DNA of 64,000 nucleotides from Aggregatilineales bacterium (GTDB lineage Bacteria; Chloroflexota; Anaerolineae; Aggregatilineales; Ch27): the NCBI GenBank assembly GCA_029976005.1, contig JARKOQ010000149.1, positions 68,400-132,399 on the forward strand. The letters are read 5' to 3'. A program made the position numbers and the translations under genes. The notes under the pieces were generated by a model that saw only the letters and a list, made by a program, of their open reading frames with translations, searched no databases and was not told the origin of the DNA. This document shows, one piece after another, positions 52,940 through 61,648 of this stretch; position 1 is the first letter of the stretch; every line of letters begins with the position of its first letter.

Positions 52940-55732
52940 ATGGATGCCAAGCTGGAAATTCCTCCCAGCCCCTCATCAACCAGGCGCCGCCGGGGACAGG
53001 CGCTGGCAGAATTTGCGCTCACGCTGCCGATTCTGCTGTTACTACTGTTCGGCATCATCGAGTTCGCCCGGATCTTCCAGGCCTGGGTGACCCTGCAGAA
53101 CGCGGCGCGCACGGCGGCCCGTTATGCCATCACCGGGCAGGTGGAAGCCGCCGAACTGGAAAAAATCGCCGATACCTACGCCATCAGTGTCGGCAACACG
53201 GCGGCGGCGGCCGCGGCCGATACCCGCAACCAGCTCTGTCTGAACGGCGACTATCGCGGGACGCACTCGGCTTTCGGCCCGTACACGCCCGCCGGGTATC
53301 AGGACTACGAGTCGGTCTTCGCCAATCACTGGGACGGCCTCGACTGCGAGCCGGGCAGTGAAGATCACCAGGGTCTGATCAACGACATGGGGCGTATCGG
53401 CTCCATCCGCAACCAGGCGCGCATCGGCGCGGCCGGTCTGGACGTCCGGATGTGGGATGACCAGGCCTACGCCATCGAAGCCGATCCCGGAACCGGCGAC
53501 TTCGTGCGCTGGGCCAATGATACCGTGCCCGGTTGGTTCCACGTCTTCATCTGCTCGTCGCGGCCCACCCTGCGCGAAGGCGACGACGCCACGCCGCGCT
53601 ACACCGCCAATCGTGACAACCTGACCTGCGTCGTTCAGGAATACCGTGGCACGCCGCCTTCCGGCTACACGGACTACCACGACGACGATCAGACCGTCAA
53701 TAACTATCAGAATCTCCAGTGGGACGCCGGCGGCCCCGGCGACGCGGTCGAGATCATCATCACCTTCAACCACCCACTGATCACCCCGCTGGCCCTGCCG
53801 ACCTACGTCCAACTCCAGGCCCGCCGCGTGATGGTCAACGAAGCCTTCCGCTCCTCGCGCGTGGTCAACCTGCCGCCGGCGCTGGCGCGGGCGTCCGCGA
53901 CTCCTTCGGATACGCCGACGGCTTCCGACGTGCCTCCGGCGACCGATACCGCGACGCCGACCGACACCCCGACGGCGACCGCCACGGCGACCCAGACCGG
54001 GACGCCCACCGCCACCGCGACCCCGGACTGCTCGATGCTGTCGATCGTCAGCACCGGCTTCAGCGGGGCCTACTTCCAGGTCAGCATCCGCAACGAGAAC
54101 ATCGCCGCACTCAACCTGGAAGGCGTGCGGCTCGAATGGCCCAAGCACGCGCTGTTCCCGAACATGTACGCCGACCTGATGCAGTGGCAAGGCCAGACGC
54201 ACTGGGATGGCACGGATACCACGCCGCCCACCATCACCGGCGCCGCGCCTGGCCCTGGGACCGACGCGACCTGGATCAGCAGCGCCAACGTGCGTCTGAA
54301 TGGCAACAGCACCGCCAACTGGCAGGTTCGCTTCGCCAACGGCCCGTTCAACATGTCGGCCTACTACAACCGTCCGGACTTCACCGGGTCGACCTGGTAC
54401 TTCAGCAATGGGTGCGTCCTCAGCTACTCGGAGGCGACCCCGACGCCGATACGCGGAACGCCCACCTTCACGCCTACCCCGGTCTGCGGCACCTACAACC
54501 TGCGCTTCGAGGCCTTCTGGCCGCACGGCGTGGTTCAGTTCAGCATCACCAACCCAGGCGGCACGCCGATCCAGATCACCGGTATCGACATGCGCTGGAT
54601 CTATTACTACAGCGGGATGAATCTCGACTTCATCTCCATCGGAGGCACCAACGCCTTCGACCCGGCCACGGTCATCGTCTGGAACGGCAACGACGTGGGG
54701 ACAACCGTCGGGGCGGTAACCAACACGGCGACCGGCACGCTGGGTAGCGAACCGACCTGGCTGATCAACGCCACGGTCAATGTGGGCGACACCGTCTACA
54801 TGTGGCTGGACTACGACGGTACGTCCGAGTCGCTCGATACGGGCTACGGCGCCAAGGACTACGACTTCAACGGCACGCGGATCGCCTTCGACAACGGCTG
54901 CATCATCACGCCGCCCGTCATCAACACGCCCATCCCGCCCCAGTGCGGTGACAGCATCGTTCAGAGTTCGCTCGGCGAGCAGTGCGACGACGGCAACACG
55001 GTCCAGAACGATAGCTGCGACAACAACTGCAAGTTCACCTGCGGCAACAACGTGGTGCTTGCGCCGGAAACCTGCGACGACGGCAACCGGGTCAGCGGCG
55101 ACGGCTGTAACAGCTCGTGCCGCCTTGAGTACTGCGGTGACGGCGCGACCCAGTCGGCCCTCGGCGAGCAGTGCGACGACGGCAACACCAACGACACGGA
55201 TAGCTGCAGCAACACCTGCCGGTACACCTGCGGCAATGGCGTCGTCGCCGGCTCCGAGCAGTGCGACGACGGCAACCGGACCAGCGGCGACGGCTGCAAC
55301 AGCTCGTGCCAGAAGGAATACTGCGGTGACGGCACGATCAACAAGGACTACACCACGGGCGTGGTGGATCAGTGCGACGACGGCAACAAGAACAGCGGCG
55401 ACGGCTGCTCGAGCACCTGCCGCATCGAAGCCCCGGTCTGCGGGAACAGCCGGGTGGAAACGGGCGAGCAGTGCGATCCGCCCAGCAGCGCGAATTACTG
55501 CTCCAGCACCTGCCAGCGTATCCCGTACTGCGGCGACGGCACGGTCAACCAGGCCAGCGAGCAGTGCGAGCCGCCCAATACCTCGACCTGCAATGCGACC
55601 TGCCAGCGTATCATAGCTGCGCCGGTCTGCGGTAACGGCGTGGTGGAAACCGGCGAGGAGTGCGAGCCGCCCAACACCTCGACGTGCAGCTCGACCTGCA
55701 AGATCAGCATCTGCATGGACTGCGGCAGCTAG
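52940..55732 (+). CDS. Giant TadE-like-anchored surface protein with two internal paralogous domains and eight C-terminal Cys-rich repeats
   Basis: GAGAGGG precedes ATG 52940. RRGQALAEFALTLPILLLLLFGIIEFARIFQAWVTLQNAARTAARYA is a TadE-like domain. Thr/Pro linkers are present. The C-terminus carries repeats of the form CGDG....GEQCDDGN...GDGCSS.C. Confidence 0.75.
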   Translation: MDAKLEIPPSPSSTRRRRGQALAEFALTLPILLLLLFGIIEFARIFQAWVTLQNAARTAARYAITGQVEAAELEKIADTYAISVGNTAAAAAADTRNQLCLNGDYRGTHSAFGPYTPAGYQDYESVFANHWDGLDCEPGSEDHQGLINDMGRIGSIRNQARIGAAGLDVRMWDDQAYAIEADPGTGDFVRWANDTVPGWFHVFICSSRPTLREGDDATPRYTANRDNLTCVVQEYRGTPPSGYTDYHDDDQTVNNYQNLQWDAGGPGDAVEIIITFNHPLITPLALPTYVQLQARRVMVNEAFRSSRVVNLPPALARASATPSDTPTASDVPPATDTATPTDTPTATATATQTGTPTATATPDCSMLSIVSTGFSGAYFQVSIRNENIAALNLEGVRLEWPKHALFPNMYADLMQWQGQTHWDGTDTTPPTITGAAPGPGTDATWISSANVRLNGNSTANWQVRFANGPFNMSAYYNRPDFTGSTWYFSNGCVLSYSEATPTPIRGTPTFTPTPVCGTYNLRFEAFWPHGVVQFSITNPGGTPIQITGIDMRWIYYYSGMNLDFISIGGTNAFDPATVIVWNGNDVGTTVGAVTNTATGTLGSEPTWLINATVNVGDTVYMWLDYDGTSESLDTGYGAKDYDFNGTRIAFDNGCIITPPVINTPIPPQCGDSIVQSSLGEQCDDGNTVQNDSCDNNCKFTCGNNVVLAPETCDDGNRVSGDGCNSSCRLEYCGDGATQSALGEQCDDGNTNDTDSCSNTCRYTCGNGVVAGSEQCDDGNRTSGDGCNSSCQKEYCGDGTINKDYTTGVVDQCDDGNKNSGDGCSSTCRIEAPVCGNSRVETGEQCDPPSSANYCSSTCQRIPYCGDGTVNQASEQCEPPNTSTCNATCQRIIAAPVCGNGVVETGEECEPPNTSTCSSTCKISICMDCGS
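54944..55729 (+). repeat. Eight tandem Cys-rich repeats (Myxococcus cysteine-rich repeat / DUF4215-like), coding
   Basis: Units of about 30-38 aa each have 4 Cys, for example CGNGVVAGSEQCDDGNRTSGDGCNSSCQKEY. In the last three units DDGN is replaced by EPPNTSTC. Confidence 0.8.
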
Positions 55733-55762
55733 TCGAGACAGACCTGTCCTGAGCAAGTAAGC

Positions 55763-55797
55763 AAGCGCCCCCGGAGCCTGAGGTTCCGGGGGCGCTT
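55763..55797. terminator. Bidirectional hairpin terminator between convergent genes
   Basis: AAGCGCCCCCGGA-GCCTGAGGT-TCCGGGGGCGCTT, a 13-bp stem. Confidence 0.6.
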
Positions 55798-55828
55798 CGT
55801 TGTCCGTTCGGTGGACGGCGATCGGCGC

Positions 55829-56572
55829 CTACAGCGCGCCGATCCGGCGGAGCTTGGCCCGGACTTCCATCCGCGATTCGCGCATGGCCTCCTCCAGGTA
55901 AGGCAGCGCCAGCCAGCCGTTCATCAACCCAAAGAACGCCCCGGTCACCGTCCGGAACAGCGGCGTCGACTCGCGCACCGGCCACAGGCTGATCGGCGGC
56001 GCGCTGAGGAGCTGGCTCACCCCATCCAGCGCGATCGGCCCCAATCCCAGAAAGGCATACAGTAGCAGGGGCACCGGCCGCAGCCTGCGCCGCACGAAGG
56101 CGAAAAATACGGAAAAGGCCAGCAGCGCGCCATAGGTGGCGATGTCCCGCTCGCACAGCGCGACCTTGTAACCCATCACCTCATTGCCGACAAACGTCCG
56201 GGACAGTTCGATCAGCTCGACCGACCACTGGCTCAGATCGGGCACGTCCTGGAAATACGGGTCGCGGCTGGCATACGTCTCGTACGAAGCCAGCCCATCC
56301 ACCCCGGCAACGGCTCTGGGATAGGCCGCCTGCTCGCCGAACAGGAACCAGGATCGAAAGGCGAACTGGTGGCACAGGGGCGCATACATCGCGTAGATCA
56401 CGCGCGCCGGCCCTTCCGCACCCAGGTGCATCAGCGTGGGGGCGAGAAAAGGCAGTCCCACGAACAGCGCGAAGAAGCCGGTCACCAGCCACAACCAGGT
56501 CTTGCTCAGCCACAATACGGCCCGCTGGGCGCGAATCGCGCGGCGGCGGGCAGCTTCGTCATTGACAGGCAT
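55829..56572 (-). CDS. DUF2085 membrane protein
   Basis: ATG 56572. PLCHQFAFRSWFLFG and ALCERDIATYGALLAF match the DUF2085 Cys/His pattern. Confidence 0.7.
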   Translation of the reverse strand: MPVNDEAARRRAIRAQRAVLWLSKTWLWLVTGFFALFVGLPFLAPTLMHLGAEGPARVIYAMYAPLCHQFAFRSWFLFGEQAAYPRAVAGVDGLASYETYASRDPYFQDVPDLSQWSVELIELSRTFVGNEVMGYKVALCERDIATYGALLAFSVFFAFVRRRLRPVPLLLYAFLGLGPIALDGVSQLLSAPPISLWPVRESTPLFRTVTGAFFGLMNGWLALPYLEEAMRESRMEVRAKLRRIGAL

Positions 56573-56642
56573 GGTTCCTTCCGTATCCAGATCAGGTCCG
56601 GCGACTCCGCGCCGCCCACGGCCAGACTCGCGCATGAACCGC

Positions 56643-58265
56643 TCAACTCGGACTGGCCCCGGTGGGATTGTCCAGAGCAGCCTGCACGTACCTCTCCAGT
56701 TGCTCCGCCGTCAGCACGCCCAGATGGCGGGCCACGATCACACCCTCCCGATTCACGATGAAGGTCGATGGCATGCTGATCACCTGGTAAACGCCCGCCG
56801 TGATCCGCTCGTCGGGATCGAGCACCAGCGGGAAGGTCAGCCCGAACTCCTGGCGGAAGGCGGCCACGCGCCCGGCGGATTCGGCCCGATTCACCCCCAC
56901 GACCAGCACGTCCTGATCGGCATAACGCTCGGCGGCCGCCTGCAAGTCGGGCATCTCGGTCCGGCAGGGACCGCACCAGGTCGCCCAGAAATTGAGCACG
57001 ATCACGCTGCCCCGCGTTTCGCTCAGGGTGAAAGATTGGTTGCCGTCGGTCACGGTCTCGAAATCGGGCGCGATCAGCCCTTCATCCAGCCCGACGGCGG
57101 GCAGATCGGCGGATTCCAGCGGCGCGAGGCTGCCCAGAATGCCCGACGCGGCCGCCTCCCCTCCGGGAGATGCGGGCGCGGCTGCATCGCCCTGCCCCGC
57201 CGGGACGTAGTTCAGGCCCGCGTCCATGCACGCCCCAACCTCGCCCAGACCGATCCGGCCGCTGAACAGCTCCGTCGCGCAATGTTCCAGGTTAATCGAG
57301 AAGTCACCGGCCGAACCAAGCTGGCTGAATTGCTGAAGCTGCCCGGTCAGCACCAGCACTCCGATCACGATCAGGAACAGGCCGCTCACCAGCTCGATCG
57401 TCTTCATGTGGCGCTGCAAGCGGCGCAGCAAGCCCTGCATCCGATCCAGGGCGACGGCAGTCAGCAGGAAAGGCACCCCCAGCCCCAGCGAGTACGCGGT
57501 CAGCAGCAGCCCGGCCTGGCTCAGCGATCCCCCGTTGGCGGCCAGAGTCAGCACCGCGCCATACACCGGGCCGATGCACGGCGTCCACCCGGCGGAAAAG
57601 ACCACGCCCATCAGGGCCGACCCGGCATACCCGGCTTCGCTGCGCGCCTGCATCTGGCGGCGCGTATCGGCATACAGCACCGTTTGCAAGCGAGTCAGAG
57701 TCTTCATCCAGAAATCGCCGGGCCGGGTCAGCGCCCCACCCAGCACCAGCCAGCCTGCGTACAGCCCCACCCCGATCGCGATTGGGATCAGCGTTACCAG
57801 CGACCAGGCCAGCACCAGCCCAACGAGCACTTCGACGGCCAGCGTGATCGCGTAACCTACGCCGTTATTCATCTGGCCGGTCTGGCCCATCACCCAGCCA
57901 ATCACGCGCGGCAGAACGCCCATGACGTGCAACCCGAAGAGCACGATCACAAGGCCGCCCAGGCGGGTCAGGATTTCCTGCACGTCCACCACCGAGCCGC
58001 GCAGGGCCAGCGATCCGGCCGTGGTCAGCAGGCCGAAGGTGACGAAGACAAACGTGAAGCCCAGCACGAAAAAGAGGCCATGGATCAGGGTGTTGAAGCG
58101 ATTCTGGTGCGCGGCGACCGCGCCGCCGCCCGCCGTCGCCGCGACCTGAGTCGTCACCTGCCCGCCCATGTAGCCCACGTAGGCCGGCACCAGTGGCAGC
58201 ACGCAGGGCGAGATAAATGACACCAGCCCGGCGATGAAGGCGATTCCAATCGTGATATCGGCCAT
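56643..58265 (-). CDS. CcdA/DsbD-type thiol-disulfide transporter fused to a TlpA/ResA-like thioredoxin domain
   Basis: N-terminus FIAGLVSFISPCVLPLVPAYVGY and a second GWTPCIGPV (CcdA Cys pair). C-terminus VIVLNFWATWCGPCRTEMPDL (WCGPC). Confidence 0.85.
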   Translation of the reverse strand: MADITIGIAFIAGLVSFISPCVLPLVPAYVGYMGGQVTTQVAATAGGGAVAAHQNRFNTLIHGLFFVLGFTFVFVTFGLLTTAGSLALRGSVVDVQEILTRLGGLVIVLFGLHVMGVLPRVIGWVMGQTGQMNNGVGYAITLAVEVLVGLVLAWSLVTLIPIAIGVGLYAGWLVLGGALTRPGDFWMKTLTRLQTVLYADTRRQMQARSEAGYAGSALMGVVFSAGWTPCIGPVYGAVLTLAANGGSLSQAGLLLTAYSLGLGVPFLLTAVALDRMQGLLRRLQRHMKTIELVSGLFLIVIGVLVLTGQLQQFSQLGSAGDFSINLEHCATELFSGRIGLGEVGACMDAGLNYVPAGQGDAAAPASPGGEAAASGILGSLAPLESADLPAVGLDEGLIAPDFETVTDGNQSFTLSETRGSVIVLNFWATWCGPCRTEMPDLQAAAERYADQDVLVVGVNRAESAGRVAAFRQEFGLTFPLVLDPDERITAGVYQVISMPSTFIVNREGVIVARHLGVLTAEQLERYVQAALDNPTGASPS

Positions 58266-58372
58266 GCCCGCACTCCTCTATCCGCCGGAATCGGTCCGGC
58301 TCCGCGTCCGATCCTTAGACGCCGCACCCCCCGCGATCGTTACCTGACTATCCGCCGAGAGACCGATCCGGC

Positions 58373-59233
58373 TCAGACCACGTCCAGCGGCGCGCCTTCC
58401 GGCAACCAGCCGTACAGCCAGCGCGCCAGCGCGGGATGCACTTCCCAGCCCGCGCCCGTTCCGGCCCGGCCAAACCGGTTGTGCCAGTGCGCGCCATAAA
58501 GACGCACCGGCCCGGCGCGCAAAACCCACGCCGCGCCGGGAGGCAATGCCGCGCCGGAGGGCGCGCGGCCTTCCAGGCGATAGCGGCCCGCTTCCAGCCC
58601 GGCAGGCGGCGCGGCGGGCAGGCGCAGTACAGCCCCCTCGCCTTCGAGCGCGAGGACGATCCCGGCCACCCGGTCGAGGCGCAGGCCGCGCCGGGCGGCC
58701 TCCGCCTGGGGCACCGGGGGGACGTCCACCACCGCCCAGCGATCGGCGGAAGTCCACCCTAGCGGCTCGCTGCCCGGTTGAGGCGCAACGCCCAGCCAGT
58801 CGCCAATCCCAACCAGGCGATCCGAGGCGGCCATTACGCCGCCATACCCGACCCGCCCCACCAGCGGCGCATCCGCCGCGGCCCACGCCCGCAGCGGGGC
58901 GACCGGCGCATTCACGCATACCCAACCACAGCCAACCAGCGGCGCGACCCCGGCCAGGGGAAGCATCGGCTGGGCATCCTCGCGGCGCAGGTAGCCCGCG
59001 CCGGTGGCATACCAGTCCCCGGCCGCTTCGCGGACCCGTACCACGCTATCCGGCCACAAACACCCCACAACCTCGGCCCCGACGGCAGGCTGCCGGTAGA
59101 GGCTGGCGGCGGTCAGGACGCGTGCCTCCACGACCTGCGGCGCGTCCGGCAGGCCCAGATCGATCGGCAGGGTCGAGGCCAGCGCGGCCGCGCCACACCA
59201 GCCCAGAAACGTCCGCCGTGAAATCACGCCCAA
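58373..59233 (-). CDS. Tat-signal exported hypothetical protein
   Basis: SRRTFLGWCGAAALA is a twin-arginine motif. The start is a non-ATG codon (TTG 59233 or GTG 59227). I recognise no catalytic motif. Confidence 0.55.
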   Translation of the reverse strand: MGVISRRTFLGWCGAAALASTLPIDLGLPDAPQVVEARVLTAASLYRQPAVGAEVVGCLWPDSVVRVREAAGDWYATGAGYLRREDAQPMLPLAGVAPLVGCGWVCVNAPVAPLRAWAAADAPLVGRVGYGGVMAASDRLVGIGDWLGVAPQPGSEPLGWTSADRWAVVDVPPVPQAEAARRGLRLDRVAGIVLALEGEGAVLRLPAAPPAGLEAGRYRLEGRAPSGAALPPGAAWVLRAGPVRLYGAHWHNRFGRAGTGAGWEVHPALARWLYGWLPEGAPLDVV

Positions 59234-59341
59234 ACCTGCACCCCGTTCAGCCCTCCCCGATCCTCTACGGATCGACGCGGTCCGGCACGAAAACCGGGGG
59301 ATTACCCCCGGTTCGATCCCCTGGTTTATTGTACTGGCCGA

Positions 59342-59935
59342 TCAGCCTCCGGCAACCAGCCGGTCGAGCGCGGCCTGAAGCTGTTCCTCAGTCTGGTAGC
59401 CGACGAGGCGCTCCACCAGGTTGCCCTCCGCATCCAGCAGGACGATCAGCGGGATGGCGGACACCTCGTAACGGTAAGCCAGATCGCGCGTCGACAGGAG
59501 ATCGACGTTGAGAATATCGAATGTCACCCGGTCTGCATATGCTTCTTCAAGCCGTCGCACGGACGGACGCATCGCGTTGCAAGTACTTCACCACCGGGCC
59601 TGGAACTCGACCAGATGCGGCAGCCCGGTACGCTGGATGGCATACGGCGTCGCGGAAAGGTCCTGGGTCGGGATCAGCCCGGCGATGGCCGTCAGGGTCG
59701 CCAGCGGCCCAGCCACGGGCGGGGCCTCGGTCGGCAGGACAAACACGCTGGGCGGCGGCGTGGCGGTGGCGCTCCCAGGCACGGGCGTCGGCAGCGCGGC
59801 GATCTGCCCGCCCAGCGGCGCGCTCGCCCCAGGCAGGGAGCCAACCACCGTCCTGAGGCCGTCTACCAGCAGGGTACAGGCCCCCGTCGCCAGCGCCAGC
59901 AGCGCCAGGGCCAACAGCAGCAGTGCACGTTTCAT
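59342..59935 (-). CDS. Thioredoxin-fold lipoprotein with in-frame TGA at the first position of the CxxC motif (candidate selenoprotein, otherwise a nonsense pseudogene)
   Basis: ATG 59935 follows GAAAGGGG. Signal/lipobox MKRALLLLALALLALATGAC. Track ORFs 59588..59971 and 59342..59572 are in the same frame, split by a single TGA (59588-59590): LVEFQARW-TGA-STCNAMRPSVRRLEEAY...SAIPLIVLL. Confidence 0.6.
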
Positions 59936-60016
59936 CCACAGCCCCTTTCCCGATCGAGCGTTGCAGGGCAATTGTACCGGCGAGCGCCGTGCGCGACGAA
60001 TGCCAGCGCACCCGGC

Positions 60017-61066
60017 TCAGCCGGAAACCCGCGCCAGGATGACGTGGATCGCGTCAGCCCCTGCGGGATAAGCCCCGGAGTCGGAGCCGGGCATCCGGCT
60101 CTGTACAAAGCCTGTCTCATCCGTTGCGCGCACCGCGATCGAAACGTCGCCGGGCCGGTCGGGAGTCCAGCGGATGTACCACTGCGTCCAGGCGGAACGG
60201 CTCACCACCGGGCGCAGCGTGACCGGCATCCAGGGCCCGCCATCGAGACTGACCTCGACCGCGCGAATGGCCCGATCGCCGGCATAGGCCACCCCTTGCA
60301 GGGCGACCGGCTCCCCCACCCGGACCTGGCTGTGCGAGCGGGGAGTGTCGATCCGCGACCAGGTCTTGACCACGCCGGAAGTCGCCCAGCCATGCGAGGC
60401 GGCCTCCCACGTCCCAACCGGCGCATAATCGACCAGGGTGATGGCCTTCAGCCACTTGGGGGATTGCAGCCCGTACCGGCCGGGATAGACCGCGCGCAGC
60501 GGGTGGCCGTGATCGCGGGGCAGCCGCCCGCCGTTCATCTCATACGCCAGCAGGATTCCGGCCCCGGCCGCCTCGACCAGCGGCAGGCCGAGCGTGTACC
60601 CATCCACCGCCTCGAAGCACAGGTGGGTCGCCTCCGGCCGGACGCCCGTCCGGGCCAGCAGATCGGCCAGCCGGACGCCTCGCCAGGTCGCATTGCCGAT
60701 CTGGTCGCCGCCCGGTGGGTTGCCCATGCACATCAGCGTGCAGGTGTCCAGGGTGCTCGGCAGCGTCCATAACTGGGTGAGCGACAGGAATAGCGGCGTC
60801 TCCACCAGCCCGCCGACCGCCAGCCGCCAGGTGCCCAGGTCGATCTCCGGCGCGGACGCGCCGGGCCGGTAGGTCTGGCAAAAGAACTCGCCGTTGGGGG
60901 TGATCAGGGGCCGCTCGTGCGTGAACGTCACCGCACGCGGGGCCGGCTTCGCCATGGGTCCAAGCGCCTCCACCGCCTTGGGCGGCGAGTCCAAGGCCCC
61001 GGTCAGGGCGCGGAAAAACCCCCGGCGCGAAAAACGAGAAGAGCCGGTCGAATCGGGCATACCCAT
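60017..61066 (-). CDS. Sulfite-oxidase-family molybdopterin oxidoreductase (Tat-exported)
   Basis: Tat motif SRRGFFRAL. Mo-binding domain (CMGNPPGG...WRGVRLADLL...GYTLGLPL...LAYEMNGGRLPRDHGHPLRAVYPGRYG...KWL) plus a C-terminal Ig-like dimerisation domain. Start at ATG 61066 or 61060. Confidence 0.85.
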   Translation of the reverse strand: MGMPDSTGSSRFSRRGFFRALTGALDSPPKAVEALGPMAKPAPRAVTFTHERPLITPNGEFFCQTYRPGASAPEIDLGTWRLAVGGLVETPLFLSLTQLWTLPSTLDTCTLMCMGNPPGGDQIGNATWRGVRLADLLARTGVRPEATHLCFEAVDGYTLGLPLVEAAGAGILLAYEMNGGRLPRDHGHPLRAVYPGRYGLQSPKWLKAITLVDYAPVGTWEAASHGWATSGVVKTWSRIDTPRSHSQVRVGEPVALQGVAYAGDRAIRAVEVSLDGGPWMPVTLRPVVSRSAWTQWYIRWTPDRPGDVSIAVRATDETGFVQSRMPGSDSGAYPAGADAIHVILARVSG

Positions 61067-61094
61067 CCTTCCTGAAGCGCATGGCGAATCGGGA

Positions 61095-61571
61095 TCAGGC
61101 CTGGCGTTCGCGCTGGCGGCGTCTGGCCGCCTCGCGCACCATTGCCACGATCCCCATCAGGCCCTGGCCCTTGCCCATCGAGATATTCCGCCCGAAGATG
61201 GCGAGCACGATGTCGTCGGGAACCTGGGCCACCTGATCCAGCGGCTGGCCGGACAGGGTCTGATCCAGAATAGCCGCCATCGCCATCGCCGACAAGCCCT
61301 GCGGGTTCTCGACGGCGAAATGAAACTTGAGCGTCCCGTCCGGCTGGTCTTCCGACCAGACGTACGCCTCGGATTCGCAGAACGGCACCCGGTGATCGTC
61401 CGGGTAAGGTGGGGCTGCGATCCGGGCGGGCACGGGCTGGAACTGGTCGGCCAGTTCGATCAGATAGGCCGAGCGCTCCTCGCGGTCGGTGAGCAGGCTG
61501 AAATCCTGCAAAACCTGGCTCAACGTTCCGGGAATGTGGGGTGAGTTCACGTATTCATCCTTCCAGGCCAT
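61095..61571 (-). CDS. SufE-family sulfur acceptor protein
   Basis: RSAYLIELADQF, the active-site-type CESEAYVW, and NISMGKGQGLMGI. Confidence 0.8.
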   Translation of the reverse strand: MAWKDEYVNSPHIPGTLSQVLQDFSLLTDREERSAYLIELADQFQPVPARIAAPPYPDDHRVPFCESEAYVWSEDQPDGTLKFHFAVENPQGLSAMAMAAILDQTLSGQPLDQVAQVPDDIVLAIFGRNISMGKGQGLMGIVAMVREAARRRQRERQA

Positions 61572-61648
61572 TGGCAAGCCACACGGCGCGGCGGACGGAC
61601 GCCATCCCGCGCGCCCGCCGCCGCAAATCGACTCTGGATACCTGGGCG

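Noticed and set aside
53042-55756. 904-aa minus-strand ORF
   Set aside because: It is antisense to the TadE-like giant protein. Its sequence is dominated by runs of R, G, A, V and D (for example GRRGGRRRGVGRRRGIGRRR). The plus-strand frame carries clear TadE and Cys-repeat motifs instead.
58373-59233. Calling the Tat-exported protein an L,D-transpeptidase
   Set aside because: The context suggested a cell-wall enzyme, but no YkuD-type H...S/TxGC(I/V)R motif is present near the C-terminus. It is left as hypothetical.
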